Notes under the pieces: generated by a model | The model's database searches: none | Told to the model about the DNA's origin: nothing | What the model saw: the letters and a program-made list of their open reading frames with translations, nothing else | NCBI GenBank assembly: GCA_016179765.1 | Contig: JACPCL010000036.1 | Span: 134,110-198,109, forward strand | Reading direction: 5' to 3' | Length of the DNA: 64,000 nt | Origin: Chloroflexota bacterium | GTDB lineage: Bacteria; Chloroflexota; Dehalococcoidia; Lucifugimonadales; JACPCL1 | Program-made: the position numbers and the translations under genes | Part shown: one piece after another, positions 43,345 to 53,511 of the stretch | How the letters are laid out: the number at the start of each line of letters is the position of its first letter | How positions within the stretch are numbered: position 1 is the stretch's first letter

Positions 43345-44976
43345 CTACGGCGTCGCCGCCGCGTGCCCATCGCCTCTGGGGTCAGAAGCGCCAATCTTGA
43401 TGCCCCGCCCGTGGTCAAGCTGGATGAGCTGCACAATGCCGTGGCTGATGCCCTCCTGTCCCCAGCCCACGGTGTGCCCCAGCCGCTCCAGGCCCCTGGC
43501 GACCTCCTCTGGCGCCCGAGGCTCCAACCGCACGCCAAAGGGCTGGGAGAGGGTGGCCGGGTTGCTGCCCGGCTCGTCCACCCAGCGGGGGGCGTCCACC
43601 GCCTCCTGGGCGCCCAGGCCGTAGTCCACGATGCCCGTGATGATCTGGGTGTTGCCCTGCACCTGGAAGTCGGCGCCCGGAGTGCCGGAGGCCAGGAAGG
43701 GCTTGCCATCCTTGAGCATCATGTAGGCGTTGAGGGTGTGCATGGGGCGCTTGCCGGGGGCTACCGTGTTGGGATGTCCCTCTTGCAGGCGGAAGCCCTG
43801 CTGGCGGTTGTTAAAGACGATGCCCGTGCCCTCGGCCACAAACCCGGAACCGAAGCCGGCATAGAGGCTGTGGATAAGGGAGACGACGTTGCCGTACCGG
43901 TCGGCCACGCAGAAGTAGCTGGTGTCGGCGCCGGCGGGCACCAGCGGCTCTGGAGAGACGGCAATGGCGGCGCGCGCCCTGTTGATGTGGGCGCGCCTGC
44001 GGGCGGCGTGCTCCTTGGAGATGAGGGTGTCCAGCGGGGTACTCACCTTGCGGGGGTCGCCCAGGTAGGCGTTGCGGTCGGCAAAGGCCAGCTTCTTGGC
44101 CTCAATCATGAGGTGGATGCCCTCTTGGGTCAGGTGGCCCAGGGAGGCCATATCGTACCCCTCCAGGATGTTCAGCATTTCCAGGAGGATCATGCCTTGG
44201 GAAGGGGGACGGTTTTCCATGACGGTGTAGCCGCGATAGGTGGTGGAGATGGGGTCGTAGACCTCCACCTCCTGGCTGGCCAGCGCCTCCTCGTCCAGGA
44301 TGCCGCCGGCGTCTCGGAAGGCCTTGGCGATGTCCCGTGCAAGCTGCCCGTGGTAGAAGTCGTCCGTGCCTGCTTGGGCGATGCGCTTGAGGGAGCGGGC
44401 CAGCTCCTTATTGGCAAAGAGGTCGCCGGGGCCGTAGGGCTGGCCATTCCTCTTGAGAAAGACCTTGACTGAAGAGGGGAACTTGGCCAGCTTCTCCATG
44501 CTGCCCTGGAAGATGCGCCCCACTCGGGGGGAGAGGGGGAATCCCTCTTCGGCGAGCTGGATGGCTGGTTCCAGGAGCTTGGCCAGGGGCCGGGTGCCAA
44601 AGTTGGCCAGGATGTACTTGTAGGCGTTGAGCTCACCAGGGGGAGAGGCGGCCAGGGGGCCTTCCGAGGGCATGTGGGCGTAGCCTTTGGCGCGGAAGAA
44701 GGCGGGCGTCGCCGCCCTGGGGGCGGGCCCGGTGGAGGTGAGGCCGACGACCTTCTGGGAGCGGGCCACGTACATGATGGCGAAGGTCTCGCCGCCGAAG
44801 CCGCACATGGGCGCCACCGTCACGGCCTCCGCTGCGGCGGTGGCGATGGCGGCGTCAAAGGCGTTGCCGCCATCGGCCAGCACGTGGACTCCTATGGAGG
44901 CCGCTAAAGGAGAGGTGGAGCAAACCAGGCCGCCAGTAGTCATCACCGGAGCGCGGGAAACGTAGGTTGCCGTCAT
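43345..44976 (-). CDS. ggt: gamma-glutamyltransferase
   Basis: Autoprocessing Thr context (GADTSYFCVADRYGNVVS), and SGTPGADFQ resembling the GGT glycine motif. Confidence 0.88.
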   Translation of the reverse strand: MTATYVSRAPVMTTGGLVCSTSPLAASIGVHVLADGGNAFDAAIATAAAEAVTVAPMCGFGGETFAIMYVARSQKVVGLTSTGPAPRAATPAFFRAKGYAHMPSEGPLAASPPGELNAYKYILANFGTRPLAKLLEPAIQLAEEGFPLSPRVGRIFQGSMEKLAKFPSSVKVFLKRNGQPYGPGDLFANKELARSLKRIAQAGTDDFYHGQLARDIAKAFRDAGGILDEEALASQEVEVYDPISTTYRGYTVMENRPPSQGMILLEMLNILEGYDMASLGHLTQEGIHLMIEAKKLAFADRNAYLGDPRKVSTPLDTLISKEHAARRRAHINRARAAIAVSPEPLVPAGADTSYFCVADRYGNVVSLIHSLYAGFGSGFVAEGTGIVFNNRQQGFRLQEGHPNTVAPGKRPMHTLNAYMMLKDGKPFLASGTPGADFQVQGNTQIITGIVDYGLGAQEAVDAPRWVDEPGSNPATLSQPFGVRLEPRAPEEVARGLERLGHTVGWGQEGISHGIVQLIQLDHGRGIKIGASDPRGDGHAAATP

Positions 44977-45112
44977 AGCGTTACCTCCACTGCATGAGTT
45001 GGCGCGAAGCGAGGGGCGCGTTGCTCCCGCGCCATTCGCGGCCCGCCGCAGGCAAGCAGCGGGGCCACCCCGTGGGGCGTCATGGCGATACCCTACACCA
45101 AGGGAGGGAGTG

Positions 45113-45148
45113 ACACAAGAGGGGGGTGTTTTTCAGCACCCTGCTAGG
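45113..45148. repeat. family C repeat, partial (tail unit)
   Basis: gaggggggtgtttttcagcaccctgctaggg, next to the MBL gene 3' end. Confidence 0.5.
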
Positions 45149-45167
45149 GCGCGGGGAGAAGGGAGGG

Positions 45168-46028
45168 TCAGAACTCCACGGGGCGGAAGTTGAGCCTGCC
45201 CTTGCGCTTTTCCAGGTAGCCCGCTCTGGTTTCCAGGCCATGGCAGAAGACGATAAGCCAGCCACACTTCTCCGCCTCGTACACCAGGTCCTTCTTGATG
45301 GCAAGGGTGTCCTCTGGAAAGGTATCTGTGGAGGAGATGCACGCCATTCCCAGGTGGTGGTGGGTGGGAATCAGGTCTCCCAGGAAGGCGACGCGTTCGC
45401 CGCCGTGGTTCACCAGCACCATCTGATGGCCGTTGCAATGGCCCCCTGTGAGGCGGACGCGGGTCCCCGGCGCCACTTCGGCGTCGCCGTCCAGGAGGGT
45501 GATCTGGCTGCGTTCCTTCAGCGGCAGGAAGTCCTCCTGCCGGTAGAGATCGCAGGCGCGCTCGTTGGGGCTGGCGGCCTCCTCCCAGGCCTTGCGCTGA
45601 ATGAAGTAGGTGGCGTTGGGGAAGGTGGGCACCGCCTCTCCAGAGCGGTCCAGACGGGTGCAGCCGCCGGAGTGCTCCTGGTGGAGATGGGTGAGCACCA
45701 CGGCGGTGACGTCCCGTGGGGTCAGGCCCATGGCGCGAAGGCTCTTCATCAGGTTGCTGCGGGTAAGCCCGAAACGTTCCTTGGTCTGCTCTGGATCCTT
45801 ATTGCCCAGGCCTGCGTCCACCAGGACGCAGCTATCGCCATTCTTGATGACGAGGCAATTGAGCCCCAGGCTGACGCGGTTTCTACGGTCAGGGGCCGCC
45901 AACTGCTCCCAAGCGGACTTGGGAAGCTGGCCAAACATAGCGCCGCCGTCGGTCTTGATGGTGCCATCGCTGACAAGGGACAGGGTGGTAGCGGAGGGTT
46001 TCATGTTCTGATACCCCTTTTGCAACAA
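45168..46028 (-). CDS. MBL-fold metallo-hydrolase (lactonase-like)
   Basis: LTHLHQEHSGG variant of HxHxDH, plus downstream His ligands. Start may be 46004. Confidence 0.75.
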   Translation of the reverse strand: MLQKGYQNMKPSATTLSLVSDGTIKTDGGAMFGQLPKSAWEQLAAPDRRNRVSLGLNCLVIKNGDSCVLVDAGLGNKDPEQTKERFGLTRSNLMKSLRAMGLTPRDVTAVVLTHLHQEHSGGCTRLDRSGEAVPTFPNATYFIQRKAWEEAASPNERACDLYRQEDFLPLKERSQITLLDGDAEVAPGTRVRLTGGHCNGHQMVLVNHGGERVAFLGDLIPTHHHLGMACISSTDTFPEDTLAIKKDLVYEAEKCGWLIVFCHGLETRAGYLEKRKGRLNFRPVEF

Positions 46029-46526
46029 CAGAGGGAAAAAGTCCAGGACCAGAGCAGGAGGAGTGGCGTGATGAGCACATAGACGTGGACACCCTCCAGG
46101 GATGGCCTTTGGCCAACGCCTTGGTGAGAGCAGTCCCTATGAGGAAATATCTAAGGACGCCGGGCATCCAGCGGGAACCGGCAACTCATGACTGGCCTCC
46201 CTGCGGGCGCTCTTTCCGTTTACACCCTTGGAAGCGCCGTTGCTGCCGGCGTGTTTGTATGCGGGCTTCACAATAGCACGGGCAGTGGCGCAGGTGTCAA
46301 GCGAAAGATGTGCTTGAAAAGGGGGGGAAAGGGGTTGATAAATGGGGCCAAAAAGTATATAAGGCCCTGCTGGATTTCTGCTCTTGGGCCAGCCGGGGAG
46401 AACGCCTTGTCCATTTTTTTTGCGGGGAACGCCTGATCCCTCCAGCCCAAGGACGGGATATGCCGCAGAGACAGAAATCTGTACAATGGCGGCACTCTAC
46501 TGATCCCTGCATATGAGGAGGAGAAG

Positions 46527-47357
46527 ATGACGACTCGGGCCCCTGCTGACCGCTACTTCCGCTCTGATACCTTGAGGATGCACTACCTGGACTGGGGCAA
46601 CGAGGGGGCCACCCCGCTGGTCCTTCTCCATCACATCAGCAGCAACGCCCATACCTGGGACCACTTTGCCCGCAACGTGTGCGACCGCTACCGAGTCCTG
46701 GCGCTGGATATGCGCGGCCACGGCGACAGCGACTGGGCGGGGGAAGGGAAGTATACCACGGAGCATTACGCCGCGGACGTGGCGGCCCTTGTGGACCATC
46801 TGGGGCTGCGCAGGGTCATTCTCCTGGGCGGCTCCACGGGCGGCCGCGTGGCGCTCGTCTCCGCCGCCCAGCATCCGGAACACACGGCGGCCCTTATCAT
46901 GGAAGACGTGGGCGCGGTGCGCCCTGCCTCCATCTCCCGGGGCTTCGCCGATCGCGTTGCTGGGGGTGATCCTCAGTTTGACACCCTAGATGAGTGGGCG
47001 AAGAGCCTCCAGGGGCAGAACCAGCGCACTCCCGCCCAGTATTTCCTGGACCTGGCGCGCTATGGCACCAAGCGGCTCCCCAACGGCAAGCTTGGCCTGA
47101 AACGGGACGTCGCCATCCAGCGGGACTTTGTGCCCCTGGAGCTGTGGCACTACGTGGAGAGAGTGAAGGCCCCCTTCCTTCTTTTGGTGGGCACCGAAAG
47201 TGAAATCGTGGGTCAGGACCAGCAGACTCGCTTCAAGCAGATACGGCCCGATGTTGAGATCGTCACCGTGCCGGGCGCAGGGCACATCATCGTCCACGAC
47301 AAGCCCCAGGAGTTTGAACGCCTGGTGGTGGACTTCCTCAAGAGACACGGGGTGTAA
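46527..47357 (+). CDS. alpha/beta hydrolase
   Basis: HHISSN oxyanion region, nucleophile elbow GGSTGG, C-terminal GHII. Confidence 0.8.
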   Translation: MTTRAPADRYFRSDTLRMHYLDWGNEGATPLVLLHHISSNAHTWDHFARNVCDRYRVLALDMRGHGDSDWAGEGKYTTEHYAADVAALVDHLGLRRVILLGGSTGGRVALVSAAQHPEHTAALIMEDVGAVRPASISRGFADRVAGGDPQFDTLDEWAKSLQGQNQRTPAQYFLDLARYGTKRLPNGKLGLKRDVAIQRDFVPLELWHYVERVKAPFLLLVGTESEIVGQDQQTRFKQIRPDVEIVTVPGAGHIIVHDKPQEFERLVVDFLKRHGV

Positions 47358-47379
47358 GCCAGGGGAAACGCAAGGGCGG

Positions 47380-48015
47380 CTATGACGTTAGCTCCTTGAA
47401 GACCCTGTGCCAGACATCACCGCCCTTCACCCCATACCCTTCCCTGAACGTAATGACCCCTGCCCTGTTGACCGCCACCTTGGTGGACTGGATAGTGATG
47501 TTGTAGGCTGGCAACATCCCGCTGGGTGCAACCGCCACAGGCCAGGGGTAGCCTTGGGCCTTCTTATAAGCCACGAGCACTCCCTTGTCCTCAAAGGGGT
47601 CAATGCCGATGGCGATAAAGGCGACCCCGTCCTCATACTGGGGATATATCTCTTTCAGCGACCGTAACTCGGCGCAGCAGGTGGGTCACCACGTCGTGAA
47701 AAAGTACAGCACCACTGGCCTGCCCTGGTCGCGCAGGGAAACCAGGCTCACCGTCTGGCCCGTGTCCAGTTCCAAGGTGAAGTCTGGAGCAGTGTTGCCT
47801 GGCTTGGGACCGACGGGTGGCAGCGGCGTTAAGGTGGGTGTGGGCGCGGCGCTCGGCGGGGTGGCACTGGCGATGGCGGCATCCGGTGTGGTTGCTCCTG
47901 CCCTAGCAGGAGGAGTTGGCGTGAGCGCTCCCACCTGGGGAGCGGCCTGGGGTGCGCCGCAGGCAAGCAGCAGCGCCCCTCCAAGCCAGAGGAGGGTTAT
48001 TGCTGCCCGTTTCAT
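47380..48015 (-). CDS. TlpA/ResA-like thiol:disulfide oxidoreductase lipoprotein with in-frame TGA (candidate selenocysteine, W-U-P-T-C)
   Basis: Track ORFs 47686..48120 and 47380..47580 are in the same frame, and the frame is open between them except for TGA at 47686-47688. The reading is ...VVLYFFTTW-TGA-PTCCAELRSL... Lipobox signal peptide MKRAAITLLWLGGALLLAC. Confidence 0.65.
47658..47675 (-). other. candidate bacterial SECIS hairpin
   Basis: RNA GCGCCG-AGUUA-CGG(U)CGC starts 10 nt after the UGA. The apical loop contains GU at about +18 from the UGA. Confidence 0.4.
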
Positions 48016-48251
48016 CGGCTTCAACACACTCTCCTCATCGCTGGCCGTCATGTATGAACTACGGCTGGCTAGGGGGGGCGGATGCATCCACGCCATCCTT
48101 TGCCGCCATAAGCGTATCATACCCCTAAGGTGAGGCTATGGTGTCCACCCGCGGCACCGGGACTGCGGGGTATCTAGCAGGTTGATGGATGCAAACCATT
48201 TCGTGTAATATGAGTCGCACCATAGCCTGAACGGAGGAGGGGTGGCGGGAA

Positions 48252-48578
48252 ATGACGAACAAACCAGCAAGAGCCGAAAAGCACTGGACCTTCTTCACCA
48301 ATCACGGGATGGTCTTCTTCCACATCCTGCAGCACCCAGGCGATACCATCCGTCGCATCGCCAATCACCTGGGGCTGGCGGAGCGCACCGTAGCCGGCAT
48401 CCTCCACGACCTGCGGGAGGACGGCTACGTGTCGGTGATGAAGGAGGGACGCCGCAACCGGTACGTGGTGAGGCCGGATTTGCCCATGCGCCACCATTCC
48501 CTCACTGAGTTTTCAGTGGAGGACTTCTTCTTTGAGCCCACGCCCGATGGGGATGACCGCACCCGCGCCGCCGACTAG
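48252..48578 (+). CDS. winged-helix (MarR/ArsR-like) transcriptional regulator
   Basis: 108 aa. HTH TIRRIANHLGLAERTVAGILHDLREDGYV followed by a wing. Divergent from the redoxin gene. Confidence 0.65.
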   Translation: MTNKPARAEKHWTFFTNHGMVFFHILQHPGDTIRRIANHLGLAERTVAGILHDLREDGYVSVMKEGRRNRYVVRPDLPMRHHSLTEFSVEDFFFEPTPDGDDRTRAAD

Positions 48579-48665
48579 CCGCGCCGCCGGACGCAGCTGG
48601 GTTTGGTGCTCCCAGGCGTTGCCCGCGAAGGGACCGGCGTGGTATGCTAGAGGCAGTTCAAAACC

Positions 48666-49399
<734 letters not shown>

Positions 49400-49480
49400 C
49401 CCCCTATCCCTGCCTTCCCCCGCAAGGGGGGAAGGGGCTTCCTCCCCCCTGACGGGGAAGGATTGAGGTAGGGGTGAAAC
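49400..49480. repeat. family A hairpin repeats
   Basis: ccttccccc-gcaa-ggggggaagg, cctcccccc-tgac-ggggaagg, tail gaggtaggggtgaaac. Confidence 0.6.
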
Positions 49481-49548
49481 GATCCGCTACTTGCAAGATA
49501 AGTTATCTTGTTGATGACCTATAAGGGAGGGGGGGAATTGAGAAAGAT

Positions 49549-50619
49549 ATGGCCATCCAAACGCCAACAACTCCCATGCATCACCCCAACCTGGTGGACG
49601 GCACACGGCGGCATATCCTTGACCTGGACGACTTCTCCCCGGAGGAGATAGAGCTGGTGATGGCCACCACTGACGCCATGGGCGAGGTGCTGGGCCGGGA
49701 GATCAAAAAGGTGCCAACGCTGCGGGGCAAGGTCATCGTCACCCTGTTTTACGAGGCCAGCACCCGCACCCGCGTCTCCTTTGAGGAGGCGGGCAAACTC
49801 CTCAGCGCCGACGTCATCAACGTCTCCTCCTCCGGCAGCAGCGTGGAGAAGGGGGAGTCGCTGCTGAACACGGTACGCACCCTTCAAGCCACGGGGGCCG
49901 ACCTGATCGTCGTGCGCCACCCGCACTCCGGCGCGCCCTACTTCATGGCCCGCAACCTTGAGCGCACCAGCGTCATCAACGGCGGCGACGGCTGGCACGC
50001 CCACCCCAGCCAGGCGCTGCTGGACCTGTACACCATCCGCCAGCACAGGGGCAGCATCAGCGGCGCAAAGGTGGTCATCGTCGGCGATATCCTGCATTCG
50101 CGAGTAGCCCGCTCCAACCTGTGGGGCCTGACCGCCGCAGGTGCTCATGTGGTGCTGTGCGCGCCGCCCACCCTCCTCCCCCAGGAGTTCCTGGACGGGA
50201 GCTACAGGGAGGATCCTGACTCGTCGGGACTGGCCTCGGTGGAGGTGACTTTCAACGTGGAGGAGGCCATCCAGGATGCCGACGTGGTGATGCCCCTGCG
50301 CCTCCAGCTTGAGCGCCAGCAGGCGGGCCTTTTGCCCACATTGCGAGAGTACTCCAAGATGTACCAGGTGGACGAGCGGCGGCTGAAGCTGGCCAGGCCC
50401 GGCGCCCTGGTGCTGCACCCCGGCCCCATGAACGAGGGGATAGAGATCAGCCCCCAGGTGGCCCACGGGGCGCAGTCCCTCATAGAGGAGCAGGTGCACA
50501 ACGGCGTGGCCGTACGCATGGCGCTGCTGTATCTGCTCGTGGCCAACAAAGAGGGACCGCCGTCAACTGCGCAAGACACTCCATCGGGTGAGTTGCCCAG
50601 ACGGATTAGGTTTCTGTAA
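49549..50619 (+). CDS. pyrB: aspartate carbamoyltransferase catalytic subunit
   Basis: STRTR, HP.Q and HPGP motifs. C-terminal extension of roughly 30 aa beyond typical length. Confidence 0.9.
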   Translation: MAIQTPTTPMHHPNLVDGTRRHILDLDDFSPEEIELVMATTDAMGEVLGREIKKVPTLRGKVIVTLFYEASTRTRVSFEEAGKLLSADVINVSSSGSSVEKGESLLNTVRTLQATGADLIVVRHPHSGAPYFMARNLERTSVINGGDGWHAHPSQALLDLYTIRQHRGSISGAKVVIVGDILHSRVARSNLWGLTAAGAHVVLCAPPTLLPQEFLDGSYREDPDSSGLASVEVTFNVEEAIQDADVVMPLRLQLERQQAGLLPTLREYSKMYQVDERRLKLARPGALVLHPGPMNEGIEISPQVAHGAQSLIEEQVHNGVAVRMALLYLLVANKEGPPSTAQDTPSGELPRRIRFL

Positions 50620-50676
50620 TAGCGCTTCTGCACCGCCGGCACTACTTGGATGGCAGTAGAGGTACGAGGTTTTCAC

Positions 50677-50848
50677 TGTCATGCTGAGATCGTCATGTAC
50701 TGAGTCCGCAGACGAAGGAGGGACGACGAAGCATCTAGGGCGTATGCTTTGATGGCAAAGGCCAGAACAACAAAGGCACAATACCTAGCGAGTGGTCGTC
50801 ATAGGCATATGCCCTAGATGCTTCGTCGCTTCGCTCCTCAGCATGACA
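50677..50848. repeat. long inverted repeat, family D, in the pyrB-pyrC spacer
   Basis: Left arm tgtcatgctgag...gacgaagcatctagggcgtatgc. Right arm gcatatgccctagatgcttcgtc...ctcagcatgaca. Confidence 0.7.
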
Positions 50849-50880
50849 AAAGCCGAGCGCCTGCAAGTAAACACACGAAC

Positions 50881-52263
50881 ATGATAAACACCACACAGCC
50901 TATCCTCATACGCGGGGCGCGCATCGTTGACCCCTCCCAGGGGTGGGACCGCGCCGGCGACCTGCTCATCGGAGACGGGCGCATCGTCAGGATGGCGCCG
51001 GCTATCCGCAACGGCAGCCTGCCAAAAGGTTGCGTCGTCGTGAACGGCGCGGGCCTGGTGGCCTGCCCCGGCTTCATTGACCTGCACGTCCACCTGCGAG
51101 AGCCGGGCTACGAAGACCATGAGACAATTTCCACGGGCGTCCAGGCGGCGGCCCGCGGCGGCTTCACCACCCTCTGCGCCATGCCCAACACCCGCCCGGC
51201 TATGGACAACGCCAGCGTGGTGGACTACGTCCTGCGGCGGGCGCGGGAGGCCAACGGCGTCCGCGTTCTGCCCATCGGCTGCGTCACCAAGGCGCGGGCC
51301 GGCCAGGAGCTCGCCGAGATGTGGGAGCTTGCCCAGGCGGGGGCCATTGGCTTTAGCGACGACGGCAGCCCCGTGGCAAACCCCCATCTGATGCGCCAGG
51401 CCCTGACCTACGCCCGGGGCCTGGACCTGCCCGTCATCAATCATCCGGAGGACCCGGCCCTCTCCCGGAGCGCCCCCATGAATGAAGGCCGCATCTCCAA
51501 CCGCCTGGGACTGGCCGGCTGGCCCGCCGTGGCCGAGGAGACCATGGTGGCGCGGGACATAGAGCTGGCGGCGCTCACTGGGGGCAGGCTGCACCTGGCC
51601 CACATCTCCACCGCCGGCTCCGTGGAGTTGGTGCGCCGGGCCAAGGAGCGCGGCCTGCCCGTGACGGCGGAGGCGACGCCCCACCACCTGACCCTCACCG
51701 AGGAGTGGGTGCGCGGCCACACCACCGAAGGGCCTGTGGCTGGCCCGCTGACCTACGCCGCCTACGACACCTCCACCAAGGTGAACCCACCCCTGCGCAC
51801 GCGGCGCGACGCCGAGGCCCTGCTGGCCGGCCTGCGGGATGGCGTCATAGACGCCATTGCCACCGACCATGCGCCCCACGCCGTCACCGTCAAACTGGTG
51901 ACCTTTGACGAGGCGGCCAGCGGCATCCCCGGCCTGGAGACGGCCTTTGGGGCGCTCATGACCCTGACGCACAAAGGTGATCTGCCTCTGATCACGCTGG
52001 TGGAGCGCATGACCCAGGGGCCACTGAAGGTGCTGGGTGGACGTGGCAGGGGCCTGGGCAGCCTGCGAGAAGGCTCCGTTGCCGATGTCACCCTCCTTCG
52101 CCTGGACGAGGAGTGGGTGGTGCGCGGCGCGGAGTTCGCCTCCAAGGGCAAGCAGACGCCCCTGGAGGGCGTGACCTTGAAGGGCAGGGTGGCAGCAACC
52201 ATTGCCGGAGGGCGAGTCGTGCATTCGCAAGTGACGGGGTTGGAGGCATCCGATAATACGTAG
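50881..52263 (+). CDS. pyrC: dihydroorotase
   Basis: MINTTQPILIRGARIVDP..., DLHVHLREPG, HISTAGS and DHAPH motifs. Track ORF start 50818 lies inside the repeat. Confidence 0.9.
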   Translation: MINTTQPILIRGARIVDPSQGWDRAGDLLIGDGRIVRMAPAIRNGSLPKGCVVVNGAGLVACPGFIDLHVHLREPGYEDHETISTGVQAAARGGFTTLCAMPNTRPAMDNASVVDYVLRRAREANGVRVLPIGCVTKARAGQELAEMWELAQAGAIGFSDDGSPVANPHLMRQALTYARGLDLPVINHPEDPALSRSAPMNEGRISNRLGLAGWPAVAEETMVARDIELAALTGGRLHLAHISTAGSVELVRRAKERGLPVTAEATPHHLTLTEEWVRGHTTEGPVAGPLTYAAYDTSTKVNPPLRTRRDAEALLAGLRDGVIDAIATDHAPHAVTVKLVTFDEAASGIPGLETAFGALMTLTHKGDLPLITLVERMTQGPLKVLGGRGRGLGSLREGSVADVTLLRLDEEWVVRGAEFASKGKQTPLEGVTLKGRVAATIAGGRVVHSQVTGLEASDNT

Positions 52264-52299
52264 GGGTGGACCAATGTGTCCGCCCCTACGCTGAGGCCG

Positions 52300-52371
52300 G
52301 GCAGACACGCAGGTCTGCCCCTACGCGCTACATTCCCCAATCGTAGGGGCGCAGCATGCTGCGCCCCTACG
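52300..52371. repeat. family E palindromes in the pyrC-carA spacer
   Basis: gggcagac-acgc-aggtctgccc and the perfect palindrome cgtaggggcgcagcatgctgcgcccctacg (52342-52371). Confidence 0.65.
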
Positions 52372-52404
52372 GGAACCCCAATCTACCGTGAGATAGAAAC
52401 TTAC

Positions 52405-53511
52405 ATGCCTACTGACGCATACCTGGTGCTGGAAGACGGGTCGGTCTATCAGGGTGAGTCCTTCGGCGCCACGGCCACAGCCTACGGCGAGGTGGTCTTT
52501 AACACCTCCATGACCGGCTACCAGGAGATCCTGACGGACCCTTCCTACGCCGGGCAGATCGTGGTGGCCACCTACCCCCTCATCGGCAACTATGGGGTCA
52601 ACGCTACGGATGTGGAGTCTCGGCGCGTCCAGGCGGCGGGGTACGTGGTGCGCCAGGTCGCGGCGTACCCCAGCCACGTGGCCAGCACCGGCGCCATCCA
52701 CGACTACCTAGCGGCCCAGGGGGTGCCCGGCATCAGCCAGATAGACACCCGCGCCGTCACCCGGCGGCTGCGCAGCCAGGGAGCCATGATGGGCTGCATC
52801 ACCACCGAGATGACGCCTCAGGAGGCCCTGGCGCGTTTGGCGCAAGCGCCCCGGTACGTGGACCTTGACCACGTCTCCCTGGTCAGCACGAAAGAGAAGT
52901 ATTCTTGGAAAAATGGCGCAGAAAGTAGAGACATTTCCAAAAATTCTGGTATAATGGTGGCCGTCACGGACTGCGGCCTGAAGTTAAGCATCCTCCGAAA
53001 CCTGCGGAGGCGCGGCTGCTCCGTTACCGTGGTGCCCGCCACCGCCACCACTGAAGAGGTGCTGGCCCTTAAACCCCAGGGCGTCGTGTTTTCGCCGGGG
53101 CCAGGAGACCCGGCCATGCTGAGTTACGCCATCAGGACTGTGGAGGGGCTGATCGGGAAGGCCCCGATTATGGGCATCTGCCTGGGACATCAGCTTCTGG
53201 CCAGGGCCTTCGGCGCCTCGACCTACAAGCTGAAGTTCGGGCATCACGGCGGCAACCACCCGGTGCAGGACCTCGCAACGGGGAAGGTGTACATCACCGC
53301 CCAGAACCACGGGTTTGCAGTGGATGCGGCCACGCTGCCCCAAGGCCTGGAGGTAAGCCACCTGAACCTGAACGATGGCACCGTGGAGGGGATACGCCAT
53401 CAGCGCCTGCCGGTAATGGGGATTCAGTTCCATTCCGAGGCGGCGCCCGGTCCGCTGGACAACGAGTACTTATTTGACAGGTTTCTGTCCATGATAAAGG
53501 AGGGAGTATGA
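52405..53511 (+). CDS. carA: carbamoyl-phosphate synthase small (glutaminase) subunit
   Basis: MPTDAYLVLEDGSVYQGESFG..., GICLGHQ catalytic Cys, and the C-terminal HSE of the His/Glu catalytic pair. Confidence 0.9.
   Translation: MPTDAYLVLEDGSVYQGESFGATATAYGEVVFNTSMTGYQEILTDPSYAGQIVVATYPLIGNYGVNATDVESRRVQAAGYVVRQVAAYPSHVASTGAIHDYLAAQGVPGISQIDTRAVTRRLRSQGAMMGCITTEMTPQEALARLAQAPRYVDLDHVSLVSTKEKYSWKNGAESRDISKNSGIMVAVTDCGLKLSILRNLRRRGCSVTVVPATATTEEVLALKPQGVVFSPGPGDPAMLSYAIRTVEGLIGKAPIMGICLGHQLLARAFGASTYKLKFGHHGGNHPVQDLATGKVYITAQNHGFAVDAATLPQGLEVSHLNLNDGTVEGIRHQRLPVMGIQFHSEAAPGPLDNEYLFDRFLSMIKEGV

Noticed and set aside
46029-46526. Possible riboswitch or sRNA in the 500-nt divergent spacer between the MBL and alpha/beta hydrolase genes
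   Set aside because: I recognised no conserved riboswitch core. There is only a weak T8 run without a convincing preceding hairpin, and a TTGACA-19-TATTGT pair with a non-optimal spacer. This is insufficient evidence.
50785-52308. 507-aa minus-strand ORF opposite pyrC. The same situation occurs at 56425..57930 opposite carB, 49519..50499 opposite pyrB, 43363..44472 opposite ggt, 41783..42640 opposite lysS, 25179..26234 opposite the OFOR gene and 31391..32170 opposite ileS.
   Set aside because: All are antisense to highly conserved housekeeping genes and have low-complexity Gly/Ala/Arg/His-rich translations. They are high-GC shadow ORFs.
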